Of a stretch of 64,000 bases of DNA, positions 30,255 through 39,593 are shown piece by piece. Both the position numbers and the translations under genes were made by a program. Under the pieces are notes generated by a model. That model was not told the origin of the DNA and did no database searches. It worked only from the letters and a program-made list of their open reading frames with translations. Numbering within the stretch: position 1 is the stretch's first letter; each line of letters begins with the position of its first letter. The stretch comes from Spirochaetae bacterium HGW-Spirochaetae-3 (GTDB taxonomy: Bacteria; Spirochaetota; Spirochaetia; Treponematales; UBA12059): positions 313,572 to 377,571 of the forward strand of contig PGXV01000005.1 of NCBI GenBank assembly GCA_002839315.1, given 5' to 3'.

Positions 30255-31496
30255 TCATCGCAAGAAGTCAAGGAGCGACTTGGGAAGGACGCGCCCGGCC
30301 ATCTGGAGCGACGCCGTGTGCGCGTATTCCATCATCTTGAAGTCGGTGATGGCCTGGGTCATGTCGACGTCCTTCTCGGCGGCCAGGAGCTTCGTAACGT
30401 CGGGTATCTCCCTGTTGAGCCGGAGCGCGGCCATGTCGAGACGCTCGACCATGGCGCCGGCCTCGGCGAGGCGCCTGCCCATGTTGTCCATGCCGGCGTC
30501 GATGCTGGCGAGGACGCGGCCGCCGACGTCGATGAAGTCGCCCTTGCGGAGCGCGTCGCGCAGCGATATCACCGAGTCGAACAGCGAGCCGCCGGAGACC
30601 CTGGCGGTGCTCGCGTAGTCGGACGGCACGCCCGAGCCCGAGAGTATGCCGAGGTCGGCTAGCACGGTCCCGCCCGCCCCGTCCTCGATCCTGATGCGAT
30701 GCGCGTCCAGACCCTCTAGTACCAGCGAGTTCTTGACGGGATCGAGCGAGGCCTTGATGGCCGCCCCGGAGTCGTTGATCTTGGCGATTATGGCCTGGAT
30801 CGTGTCTCCCGGCCTCAGCGCTATGGACTGGCCGTCTATCACGAGGCTGGAGTCGTTCATCACGCGGTACGCGGACGCGTCGGCCCCGGACGCTATGCGC
30901 TGCCGTTCCGACCAGAATACCGCGTCGCCCGACAGGTTCATGGGCATGTACGAGGATTCCGCTATCTCAGCCTCGGGCGAACCGATGCCGCCCAGGTAGT
31001 CGACGCCGACGGTCGCCGCGGATCCGGCCCCCTCGGCGTAGCCCTGCACGGCGCGGAACGGCTCCGTCTTGGCCTTGTCGCCGGCGAACAGGAAGTCGCC
31101 GTCCGGGCCGCGGGCGTTGCCGAGGCTTACGAGCTCGGCGAGCAGCTGGTCGACCTCCTCGGCCATGGCCGCGGTGTCTCCCTTGGTGAAGGTCCCCGTG
31201 GCGCCGGTGACCGCCAGCTCCCTTACGCGCTGCATGATATCCTGGGACTGGCGCATGTAGCCCTCGGCTATCGCGGCGCGGTCCTTGGTGTAGAGTACGT
31301 TCTGCTCGTAGCGCGACAGGCGACCGACGAAGGACTCGTAGCGCACGGTGCGGGCCGCCGCCATGGGATCGTCGCGCGGGCTCTCTATGCGCTGCTGCCG
31401 GGACATCCGGGACTGCATGGAGGCCATGTTGTCCTCGGTCCGCCTGAGCCAGTACTGCATATCGTTATTCATGAAATCGGAGCTTACCCTACGCAT
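30255..31496 (-). CDS. flgL: flagellar hook-associated protein 3 FlgL
   Basis: Flagellin-like N-terminal (RISSPRDDP-like: QRIESPRDDPMAAARTV) and C-terminal helices. Positioned after flgK. AAGAGAGG SD. Confidence 0.85.
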   Translation of the reverse strand: MRRVSSDFMNNDMQYWLRRTEDNMASMQSRMSRQQRIESPRDDPMAAARTVRYESFVGRLSRYEQNVLYTKDRAAIAEGYMRQSQDIMQRVRELAVTGATGTFTKGDTAAMAEEVDQLLAELVSLGNARGPDGDFLFAGDKAKTEPFRAVQGYAEGAGSAATVGVDYLGGIGSPEAEIAESSYMPMNLSGDAVFWSERQRIASGADASAYRVMNDSSLVIDGQSIALRPGDTIQAIIAKINDSGAAIKASLDPVKNSLVLEGLDAHRIRIEDGAGGTVLADLGILSGSGVPSDYASTARVSGGSLFDSVISLRDALRKGDFIDVGGRVLASIDAGMDNMGRRLAEAGAMVERLDMAALRLNREIPDVTKLLAAEKDVDMTQAITDFKMMEYAHTASLQMAGRVLPKSLLDFLR

Positions 31497-31507
31497 ATGA
31501 ACCTCTC

Positions 31508-33382
31508 TTAACCGCGCATGCGGTTGATGATGGTGTCGAGCATCGTGTCCATCGTCGATATGAACCGGGCGGCGGCGGCGTATCCGTGCTGGAACTTGAT
31601 CATGTTGGACAGTTCCTCGTCCATGTTGACGCCGGATATAGACTGCCTCGTGTCGGTCAGGTTCTTGACGATGCGCGACTGGGTCTCGGACATGCGGCCG
31701 GCCCGCTCTCCCTTTAGCCCCACGCTCGCGACGGCGTCGGCGAAGTAGTCGTCGAAGGTCTTCTGCGAGCCGACCATCACCGGCGCTGTCCGCAGCTTGG
31801 CGATGGCGATGGCGGCGCTGCCGTCGCCGGCCTCGGCGGGCCTGCCGTTGGAGCCGAAGCCCGCGGCGACGTTCGTCAGGTCGCGCGTCACCGCCGTCGA
31901 TACCTCTATCCAGCCGGACGGGTGGGCGAGCGGCGCTACGGCGTAGTCGACGCCGCTCCGGAGGTCGGCGACCGCGTCGGCCTTCTCCCAGGTGTACGCG
32001 CCGGCCTCGCCGGTCGCGGACAGGAGCCCGGAATAGCCCGACAGGAACTCGCCCGAGTCCTCGACGTGCCTGATGACGAAGTCCGGGCTCTGGCCGTCCG
32101 ACGCGGTCTTGGCACGCAACTGGAGCGTTCCCGTCGAGGTCAGGCGAGCGGTCACGTCGGCGCCGGAATCGTTGACGCGGCGCACGATATCGCCGACGGT
32201 GTCTGTCGGGCGGTACTCCACGTCGACGAGGCCGCGGGGACCGGACAGGCGCATGACGCCGGACAGGCCTATCTGCTCCTGAGCGTCGAGCGCGTTGCCG
32301 CCCGTCAGCCGGTATACGTAGCTGTGGTCGTACGCGCCGTCGCCGTTGCGGTCGTAGTTGCCCGCTATGTTGTTGACGCTCGGGAGCTCGGTGAAGAAGT
32401 CTACGCCGGTCTTGCCGTTGAGGCCGTACGCGGAGCGGTGCACCTCGTTGACGAGGTCGGTGAAGGTCAGCGTCATCGTATCGAGCGACGCTATCTCTTC
32501 CTTTATATCGACGTCGCGCATCTCGAGCATCGCGCCCAGGCTACCGCCGCGAACGACGGCCTCGTCGCCCGTATCGGCCCACAGCACGCGCGGGTATCCG
32601 CCCGACTCGGCGCCGGTCGACATGGAGAAGCCGCGCGCTATCTTGCCCTGCACGAGGATATGGCCGTCCACGTGCACCATGAACTCGTCGGGGTCCCGGC
32701 GGTCGACGGTGACCGGCACGATGGTAGCGAGCTTCTCTACGAGCAGGTCCCGTCGGTCGTACAGGTCGTTGGGATTGTCGCCCATCGCCTCGGACTTGAG
32801 TATCTCGGCGTTGAGCGCCGCTATCTGCTTGGACAGGTCGTTGGCCTGCGACGCGGATATCTCGATGTCTTCCTGGACCATGTCGCGCGTGGTCGACAGG
32901 CGGCGGTACTGTTCGTGGATGGAGTCTATCAGCGTTCGGCCGCGCTGGACGACGGCCTCGCGCGGGGCCAGTTCCGACGGATGAAGCGACAATTCCTGCC
33001 ACGAGTCCCAGAATTTGTCCATCTGGGTGCGGGTGGAGACCTCCGTCGGCTCGTTGTGCACCTGCTCGAGCAGCGACATGTACTTGTCCCTGGCGTCCCA
33101 GTACCCGAGCCCGCCCGTCTGTGCGACGATGCGCTGGTCGAGGAGCTCGTCGCGCATGCGCTCTATCCGTACCGAGACGACGCCCTGGCCTATCTGGCCG
33201 GCCGTCTCCTCTCGGTTGAGCTGAGGGACGTATAGCGGCTCCATCGTGCCGAATTCGACCCGCTGTCGCGAGTAGCCTTCCGTGGCGGAGTTCGTGAGGT
33301 TGTGGCCTATGGTCTGGAGGCCCTGGTTGTGCGCCACGAGGCCGCGCTTGCCCAGCTCTATTCCTGCGAAGGTCGATTGCAC
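31508..33382 (-). CDS. flgK: flagellar hook-associated protein 1 FlgK
   Basis: MQSTFAGIELGKRGLVAHNQGLQTIGHNLTNSATEGYSRQRV N-terminus and C-terminal SGVNMDEELSNMIKFQHGYAAAARFIS. GTG start with AAGGAGG SD overlapping the flgN stop. Confidence 0.92.
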   Translation of the reverse strand: MQSTFAGIELGKRGLVAHNQGLQTIGHNLTNSATEGYSRQRVEFGTMEPLYVPQLNREETAGQIGQGVVSVRIERMRDELLDQRIVAQTGGLGYWDARDKYMSLLEQVHNEPTEVSTRTQMDKFWDSWQELSLHPSELAPREAVVQRGRTLIDSIHEQYRRLSTTRDMVQEDIEISASQANDLSKQIAALNAEILKSEAMGDNPNDLYDRRDLLVEKLATIVPVTVDRRDPDEFMVHVDGHILVQGKIARGFSMSTGAESGGYPRVLWADTGDEAVVRGGSLGAMLEMRDVDIKEEIASLDTMTLTFTDLVNEVHRSAYGLNGKTGVDFFTELPSVNNIAGNYDRNGDGAYDHSYVYRLTGGNALDAQEQIGLSGVMRLSGPRGLVDVEYRPTDTVGDIVRRVNDSGADVTARLTSTGTLQLRAKTASDGQSPDFVIRHVEDSGEFLSGYSGLLSATGEAGAYTWEKADAVADLRSGVDYAVAPLAHPSGWIEVSTAVTRDLTNVAAGFGSNGRPAEAGDGSAAIAIAKLRTAPVMVGSQKTFDDYFADAVASVGLKGERAGRMSETQSRIVKNLTDTRQSISGVNMDEELSNMIKFQHGYAAAARFISTMDTMLDTIINRMRG

Positions 33383-33393
33383 GATAGCCTCCT

Positions 33394-33891
33394 TTAGAGG
33401 GCCGTATCCAGGATCATCGCGCCGGGAGCCGCGTGATGCGGCCTGCCCGTCTTGCCGTAGATGCGTCCCTTGCGCTCGGGGAAGAGCGCCTCCATGGTCT
33501 CGCGGAGCGTGGCCGCGGCGCTCCCGACGAAGCCCGAGAGCGCGTCGTTCTCTATGCGGGCGCGCATCGCGGTCAGCCTAAGCGCCCGGTACGCGTCGTT
33601 GAGCGTCGATCGGTACTCGATGGGCAGGGCGAGCGACGCCCTGAACACGCTCGAGTCGACGGGGAGGCCGGTCTCGTCGATGAAGGCCTCCCAGGCCTTC
33701 GCCCGGAGCTCCTCGGCGGCCGATACGGATTCAGCGGCGGAGGCCGCGCGTTCCAGCGATTTCTCGAGCGTCGGCCAATCCCTGGCCCGCACGGCGCCGG
33801 CGACGGCCCGCTGGTCGTCGACGAACGCCTCGAGCGCGGCGACCTGCTCGCTGGTTCGCGATATGAACGACATAAGCGTATCGATATTCAT
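33394..33891 (-). CDS. flgN: FlgN-like flagellar export chaperone
   Basis: 165-aa all-helical protein immediately upstream of flgK, the usual FlgN position. The call rests on weak sequence features only. Confidence 0.5.
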   Translation of the reverse strand: MNIDTLMSFISRTSEQVAALEAFVDDQRAVAGAVRARDWPTLEKSLERAASAAESVSAAEELRAKAWEAFIDETGLPVDSSVFRASLALPIEYRSTLNDAYRALRLTAMRARIENDALSGFVGSAAATLRETMEALFPERKGRIYGKTGRPHHAAPGAMILDTAL

Positions 33892-33907
33892 GGCTACCCT
33901 CGCTTCA

Positions 33908-33934
33908 TTATCGGTAGTGGAAACGAGGAGTTTA
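33908..33934 (-). promoter_or_regulatory. sigma-28 (FliA)-like promoter of the flgN-flgK-flgL-fliW-csrA operon
   Basis: The reverse strand reads TAAA-N15-ACCGATAA (consensus TAAA-N15-GCCGATAA), ending 17 nt upstream of the flgN ATG. Confidence 0.45.
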
Positions 33935-34017
33935 CGCCGATATACTAAATAAGCCTCTCGTGGAGGGGCTTACGTCCACGTTTTTGCGCGGAGAATCCGC
34001 GCGTCCTCGAGGGGTCG

Positions 34018-34884
34018 ATGTTCAAAGCGCTCGTTAACCTGTTCTGGCTCGCGCGCGGCGTACGCGTATTCGCGCTCGTCGGCGAGAGCGGGACCGGCAA
34101 GAGCTTCAGGGCCAAGCTGGTCGCCCAGAAGTTCGGTATAGACATGATCATAGACGACGGGCTCCTCATCAACGGCGACGCCATCATCGCGGGTAAGTCC
34201 GCGAAGCGCGAGAAGCTGTATATGGCGGCGGTCAAGACGGCGCTATTCCACGAGAAGGCCCACCGGGACGAGGTGGCGCGGGCGCTACAGCACGCGCGCT
34301 GGAAGAAGATCCTGATAATCGGTACGTCCGAGAAGATGGTCAAGAAGATCGCGGAGCGCCTGCAGATACCCACTCCCGCCAAGATCATCAAGATCGAGGA
34401 CATAGCGAGCCGCGAGGAGATAGACACCGCTATCAGGGCGCGCAAGGTCGAGGGCAAGCACGTGATCCCCGTCCCCGCGATAGAGGTCAAGCGGAGCTAT
34501 CCGCGGATCTTCTACGACAGCATCAGGGTGTTCCTGCAGCGCAACCTCGCGCCGGGAGGGCTCTCGACGCCGAAGCTGTACGAGAAGTCCGTCGTCCGGC
34601 CCGAATTCTCCAAGCGCGGCCGCGTCGCCATCTCCGAGTCGGCGCTGTCCCAGATGGTCATCCATTGCATCGACGAGTTCGACGATTCGATCCGCATCGA
34701 GAAGATCACCGTCCGCTCGGATTCACAAGGCTATAGGCTTACCGTCATGATCGAGGTGCCGTTCGGTTCGCAGCTGTCGGGGCGTATCCATAACCTGCAG
34801 CAGTACATCATCGACAATATCGAGCGTTTCACCGGGATCCTGATCGAGGAAGTGAACCTGGTCATAGACCGGTTCTCCAAGTAG
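34018..34884 (+). CDS. P-loop NTPase (HprK-like Walker A segment) fused to an Asp23/Gls24-like domain
   Basis: FALVGESGTGKSFRAKLVAQKFGIDMIIDDGLLI resembles the HPr kinase P-loop segment. The C-terminal ~110 aa (ISESALSQMVIHCIDEFDDSIRIEKITVRSDSQGYRLTVMIEVPFGSQLSGRIHNLQQYIIDNIERFTGILIEEVNLVIDRF) has the Asp23/alkaline-shock pattern. GAGGGG SD. Confidence 0.6.
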   Translation: MFKALVNLFWLARGVRVFALVGESGTGKSFRAKLVAQKFGIDMIIDDGLLINGDAIIAGKSAKREKLYMAAVKTALFHEKAHRDEVARALQHARWKKILIIGTSEKMVKKIAERLQIPTPAKIIKIEDIASREEIDTAIRARKVEGKHVIPVPAIEVKRSYPRIFYDSIRVFLQRNLAPGGLSTPKLYEKSVVRPEFSKRGRVAISESALSQMVIHCIDEFDDSIRIEKITVRSDSQGYRLTVMIEVPFGSQLSGRIHNLQQYIIDNIERFTGILIEEVNLVIDRFSK

Positions 34885-34952
34885 GATGTCCGGTCGCGTT
34901 TGACAACGGGCCGGTCGGGGTTTACGATATTCGTACCATGGAGGGTACCATA

Positions 34953-36272
34953 GTGAAGAAAACGTTTGCCTTCGCGCTCGTCGCGCTCGCGCTCGCCGTG
35001 TGCGTCGGCGCCCAGGAGGCCGCAGCCGGAACCGCGAATCCCGCGCCCCAGGCCGAGGTCGCCGCGCCGGCTACCGTCGCGCCAGTTCCCGCAGTGGCCC
35101 CCGCCGTCGCTCCCGCGACTGTCCCCGCAACGGCCCCCGCCGTCGTGTTCGCGAGCGCCAGCTCCAAGCGATACGCAGTCTGGTCCGACGCCGGCAAGGA
35201 TGACGCCGTCGCTCTCGCGGCTACGCTGGACGGCCTGTTCGGCGTCTACAACGAATATTTCCGCTTCGACGAGGCCGCCCTCAAGGCGCCGCTGACCGTC
35301 CGGAAATTCTCCGCCAAAAGTTCGTTCGACGCGTACCTTACCAAGGTGATCGGCGAGACTAAGGGCGATTTCGTCTACCTGCACTACCCGACGGTCGAGC
35401 GCTCGGAGCTCGTCGTGTTCGCCAAGGAGAGCGCCGACGACTTCGACGCGTCCCTGTCGCACCAGGCCTTCGTGCAGTTCCTCAAGGCCTTCATCCCCGA
35501 GCCTCCGCTGTGGATCCGCGAGGGATTCGCGGTATTCTTCGAGCGCACCCGCCTCGACGCGAACACCGGGCTCGTCTCGTACGCCGAGAACCAGTCCTGG
35601 CTCGAGACCGTCAAGCTACTCAAGTCGCAGTCCCGCCTTTACGGCGTCTCGGACCTGATGCTGCTTTCATCGGACGAGGCGCGCTCCGGTCTCGACGTGT
35701 TCTACCCGGAGTCGTGGGCCCTCGTGTCGTTCTTCATCGGAAGCCCCGACCGCCGCTATAACCGCTTCATATGGGACGCCATCGGCCATCTCTCGCCCGA
35801 GGCGTCGCTCGAGCAGAACCAGAACGCCGTCAGGGATTTCTTCCTCAAGTGGCACGGGCAGGAAGCCGCCGAGTCAGACTTCCTCGCGTACCTCGACGGC
35901 CAGAAGACCTTCGCCGAGCTCGTCACTTCCGGAGTCCGCTCGTATGGCGACAAGGACCTCGATACCGCCTATAAGTCGTTCTCGCAGGCCCTCGTCAAGA
36001 ACTCGGCCAGCTATATTCCCCACTACTACCTAGGGCTCATAGCGTACGCCCGCGGCGACTACGCGCTCGCGGCGGAGTACTATAACAAGGCCCTGGAGCT
36101 CGGTAGCGACGCGCCGATAACCAATTACGCGCTCGGCATCAACGCCTACGCGTCCAGGCGCTTCGACGAGGCCAAGGCCTACCTGCAGAAGGCGTCGGAC
36201 GGCGATCCCGCCAAGTACGGCACGAAGGCAGGGGAGATCATCTCCAGGATAGCGAGCGACGGAGGCATGTAG
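34953..36272 (+). CDS. exported protein: Ala/Pro-rich linker, DUF1570-like domain, C-terminal TPR repeats
   Basis: Start moved to GTG 34953 (GGAGGG SD; MKKTFAFALVALALAVCVGAQE signal or lipobox-like). APATVAPVPAVAPAVAPATVPATAPAVV low-complexity stretch. TPR repeats at the C-terminus (YYLGLIAYARGDYALAAEYYNKALEL...). Confidence 0.5.
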   Translation: MKKTFAFALVALALAVCVGAQEAAAGTANPAPQAEVAAPATVAPVPAVAPAVAPATVPATAPAVVFASASSKRYAVWSDAGKDDAVALAATLDGLFGVYNEYFRFDEAALKAPLTVRKFSAKSSFDAYLTKVIGETKGDFVYLHYPTVERSELVVFAKESADDFDASLSHQAFVQFLKAFIPEPPLWIREGFAVFFERTRLDANTGLVSYAENQSWLETVKLLKSQSRLYGVSDLMLLSSDEARSGLDVFYPESWALVSFFIGSPDRRYNRFIWDAIGHLSPEASLEQNQNAVRDFFLKWHGQEAAESDFLAYLDGQKTFAELVTSGVRSYGDKDLDTAYKSFSQALVKNSASYIPHYYLGLIAYARGDYALAAEYYNKALELGSDAPITNYALGINAYASRRFDEAKAYLQKASDGDPAKYGTKAGEIISRIASDGGM

Positions 36273-36400
36273 CGCTCGCGCATGCCGGGGCTGGCTTCGT
36301 CGCCCCGGTATGCTCGAACGCCCCGGCCGGCTAAGACCGGCCGTTAGCGCCGTCGGACCGTGATTTGCTCTTTGCTTACGACAAAGCTAAGGAGAACGCC

Positions 36401-37297
36401 ATGATTGCATTCCCGCCCGCCCGCTACCCCTCCGGTTCGGCCCTTCGCTTCGAGTCCTATGCGCCGTACCGGGCGCCGGGGGTCGTCGAGCGCGGCGGCT
36501 GTTCCATGCAGCGGGCCGATATCGCGATGTACTCCGCGGGCCTCGGGGCGCTGGTCGGCCGGCCGCTCATGACGAGCGGAGGCGCCATGCTCCAGGTACT
36601 GGACCGTTCGGTCAAGGAAGGCTGCTGGGCGGCGACCTGGTTCGAGTGGGACGGCAAGCGGCGTCGTATCCATGCCGCAGGCGACGACGCCGGTAGGGAG
36701 CGCCTCATGGCGGCGCTCTCGGACGCCTGGCCGTACGGGCGCGGCGAGGGCGACGCGCTCTACGACGAGGCCGGTACGCACCTGGCCAGGGCGCTGGCCT
36801 ATCGGCCGATGGATGACGTCGAGATCATCGCCATGAACTTCGGCCTGCTCGTCTCGAACGCCGGCCGGATAGCGTCGACGCCCTGCCTGCGCGACGGCGC
36901 TACGGGCGGACTGTCGCTCGTATTCACCTATATGGGCCGGATCCGGTACCCCGTATCGACGTTGCTGGCCGCTTGGCGCGGCGGGCGCATGCGCGTCTCG
37001 TGCCCGGGCGGGCGCGGCGACCATGAGGCCTTCGTGATCAGGGGCGGCGGCGGCCTTGGCATGGGCGTGATCGAGGCATACTGCCCCGTCTGCGGCTCCG
37101 TGAAGCGAATCGAAGCGTCGGTCGCGCCGTTCTTGAAGGCGATGACCGAGGCCGAGGTCCGCGGGGACGACGGTTACAGGCTCGACGAACTAATACTGGA
37201 GCTCGGCGGCACCCTCCCCGTCGTCCCCGATCATGCAAAGACCTGTAACCATACGGCTGTGGGCGTGGAACGTATCGTTCCAGAAATAGCCCGATGA
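36401..37297 (+). CDS. hypothetical protein
   Basis: ORF 36365..37297 trimmed to ATG 36401 (AAGGAG-N6). No recognisable family. Contains a possible Cys/His cluster (SCPGG...CPVCG...HAKTCNH). Confidence 0.5.
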   Translation: MIAFPPARYPSGSALRFESYAPYRAPGVVERGGCSMQRADIAMYSAGLGALVGRPLMTSGGAMLQVLDRSVKEGCWAATWFEWDGKRRRIHAAGDDAGRERLMAALSDAWPYGRGEGDALYDEAGTHLARALAYRPMDDVEIIAMNFGLLVSNAGRIASTPCLRDGATGGLSLVFTYMGRIRYPVSTLLAAWRGGRMRVSCPGGRGDHEAFVIRGGGGLGMGVIEAYCPVCGSVKRIEASVAPFLKAMTEAEVRGDDGYRLDELILELGGTLPVVPDHAKTCNHTAVGVERIVPEIAR

Positions 37298-37330
37298 CTA
37301 TTCCGGTCGTCAGTCGGGAGAGACGGCGAT

Positions 37331-38116
37331 CTATTGCCTCTTCGCCGGTATCTCCGCCTCGAGCCCGTCGTACGCCGGCCCCGCCGGGAACGGGAGCCCC
37401 GCTGCGTCGCAGTAGGATTCCAGCTCGACGTGGGTCAGGTCATGGCAGATGTGGGTCAGGAGGAGGCGGCCCGGGCGAAGCTCGCGGGCGAGCGCTAAGG
37501 CCTCGTCGACGGAGAAGTGCGTGGGGTGGGGTCGTAGCCTGAGCGCGTCGACGACGAGCAGGTCGAGGCCGCCGAGTAGCCTCCTCGACGAATCCGGGAC
37601 GGCGGAGCAGTCAGTCAGGTACGCGAATCCGCCGAGGCGATAGCCAAGTATGGGACGTTGGCCGTGCAGGAGCGGCACTGCGACGACGCGTACGCCGCCG
37701 ACGGTCGCGCCGTCGTCGATCTCGGACAGTTCCAGTCGGGGCTTGCCGCCGCCTTCCTGGCCGTGGCCGAAGGCGTACGAGAAGCGGTGGCGCAACTCCT
37801 CCGCGTCCGATCGCGACGCGTACACGGGGAGGGGCTTGCCGCGCGTCAGGGGGCGCACGTCGTCTAGACCGTGCACGTGGTCCGCGTGGGCGTGGGTGAC
37901 GAGCAGCGCGTCTAGGCGCGTCAGCCGGGCGCGCAGAGCCTGTAGCCTGAATTCCGGACCGGCGTCGACGAGTATCGCCTCGCCGCCGTCGCCCTCGACG
38001 AACACGGAAGAACGGTAGCGGGTATCCCTGGGGTCGTCCGACGAGCATACGCGGCAGGAGCATCCGATGACCGGCACTCCATGGCTCGTACCGGTGCCGA
38101 GGAAGCGTAGCCTCAC
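37331..38116 (-). CDS. MBL-fold metallo-hydrolase (PhnP/GPMB-like)
   Basis: MRLRFLGTGTSHGVP...CSCRVCSS...LLVTHAHADHVHGLDD (HxHxDH motif). GTGA start/stop overlap with the upstream gene. Confidence 0.8.
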   Translation of the reverse strand: MRLRFLGTGTSHGVPVIGCSCRVCSSDDPRDTRYRSSVFVEGDGGEAILVDAGPEFRLQALRARLTRLDALLVTHAHADHVHGLDDVRPLTRGKPLPVYASRSDAEELRHRFSYAFGHGQEGGGKPRLELSEIDDGATVGGVRVVAVPLLHGQRPILGYRLGGFAYLTDCSAVPDSSRRLLGGLDLLVVDALRLRPHPTHFSVDEALALARELRPGRLLLTHICHDLTHVELESYCDAAGLPFPAGPAYDGLEAEIPAKRQ

Positions 38117-39471
38117 GGCGCGGCCAGGGCCTGCGGCTCGAAGCGGGCCGCCGCCGGCATCCTGATAAGCTTGACGAATTCGTAGCCGCGTCCCGTCAAC
38201 GCCTCCAGCGACGTCTCGGCGGCGCTCTCGAGCACGACTACCCTGAATACGCCCTCGTCGTCGAAGTACGGGAAGAGGGCCGCGATATGGAAATAGCGCC
38301 TGAGATTGGGCGGGGCCTTGTCTCGGGCGTTGAACTGGGCAAGGTAGAAGCGGCCCGGCTCGCGCGACGCGAGCAGGAAGAGCGCCGCCTTGAGGCCGCG
38401 TACGTCGATGCCCGCGTCGTCGAAGTTGTCAGAGAAGGGTTCGTAGGCGGATCCGCCGTTTATAGGATCGGCGTCGCGGACGCGCAGCGCGAACGGAGGC
38501 TCGGCGACGTCGTTGGCAAGCGGGGAGTCGTCGGAGAGAGACGGATAGAACGCCGCCCAGGCCGCCTTCGCGAGGGCCCTGGACCAGTCGAGCCCGAAGA
38601 ACGGGTCGTACTTCTCCTCGAAACCGACGGTGAAGGACGAGCCGCGCCAGTCGACCATGCGCTCCCGCAGGTCGGCGACGGACAGGTATGATCCGGTAAG
38701 GGGATGCAGCATGCCGTCTACCAGCCACTTCGCGAATCCGGAGCAGTTGAGGCCCGCCGGCTCTGCCTGCCCGGCGAGCGTAGAGATGTAGACGCTCGTG
38801 CCGTCCGAGTCTATGGCCCCGTCGTCGGCGTAGCGTAGGGAAGGGATGCCCGCCCTGGCGCCGGCGATGACGCCGCGCAGGTCCCGGTACAGCGCGGGAT
38901 CCGGCGAGAACAGCTCCCAGTCGATCACGTCGGACGTCAGGTCCCTCGTTCTCGAGAACGGCGAGCGGAGGAGTTCCTTGAACGACAGGGGTATCATGAC
39001 CTCGCGATAGAGCACGCCGCCGTACGCGATGACGTCTATCTTGCATCGGGAGCCCGCGGGATAGACGCGCGCGAAGGTGCCGGGGTCGCTTCGGAGGAAT
39101 ATCTTGGCCTGCAGGAAGGAACCGTCGCCCGCCGACCGCTTGACGATCCACGAGCCCTGGGCGTACGCGGGGTAGGCCCCGCCTCGCTTCGGCGATACTA
39201 CGACGTAGAAGGCCCCGGCGCCCTGTTCCACCGAGACCGACCAGTCTCCCCACGCGTTGCGCTCCTCCGATCGCCCGACCGCCGTCGCAGCTGCCGGCGG
39301 CGCCTCGAGCAGCGAATCCCAGACGCGCTTCCTGACGTCGGCGCTCTCCGGCATCGACCGTATCGGCCCGTCGCCTCCGATGGCCGGCCACGAACCCTGG
39401 GCAGTCGCCAGCGTCGGCGCCGTTACGGCGATCGCGAGGATGGCGGACAATGAGCGAATAGAGGTTTTCAT
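38113..39471 (-). CDS. exported hypothetical protein, possible papain-like (NlpC/P60-type) Cys-His hydrolase core
   Basis: Signal peptide MKTSIRSLSAILAIAVTAPTLATAQG. GLNCSGFAKWLVDG resembles the G-x-D-C-S-G-F nucleophile motif of NlpC/P60 enzymes, and a later YFHIAALF could supply the His. Confidence 0.4.
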   Translation of the reverse strand: MKTSIRSLSAILAIAVTAPTLATAQGSWPAIGGDGPIRSMPESADVRKRVWDSLLEAPPAAATAVGRSEERNAWGDWSVSVEQGAGAFYVVVSPKRGGAYPAYAQGSWIVKRSAGDGSFLQAKIFLRSDPGTFARVYPAGSRCKIDVIAYGGVLYREVMIPLSFKELLRSPFSRTRDLTSDVIDWELFSPDPALYRDLRGVIAGARAGIPSLRYADDGAIDSDGTSVYISTLAGQAEPAGLNCSGFAKWLVDGMLHPLTGSYLSVADLRERMVDWRGSSFTVGFEEKYDPFFGLDWSRALAKAAWAAFYPSLSDDSPLANDVAEPPFALRVRDADPINGGSAYEPFSDNFDDAGIDVRGLKAALFLLASREPGRFYLAQFNARDKAPPNLRRYFHIAALFPYFDDEGVFRVVVLESAAETSLEALTGRGYEFVKLIRMPAAARFEPQALAAP

Positions 39472-39593
39472 CGATATTAGTATCGGCCGGATCGGGGCGA
39501 TAGACGAGTGCGAGGATCCTGCCCGCTACCCGTATAGCTCGGCCGCTCTCGCGCCGATAGTCAAAGGGACATCGCATAACCTAAGGACGTATA

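Noticed and set aside
33945-34490. 181-aa reverse-strand ORF opposite the P-loop/Asp23 gene
   Set aside because: It has no SD or motif. The forward frame has a Walker A and an Asp23-like domain, plus an SD.
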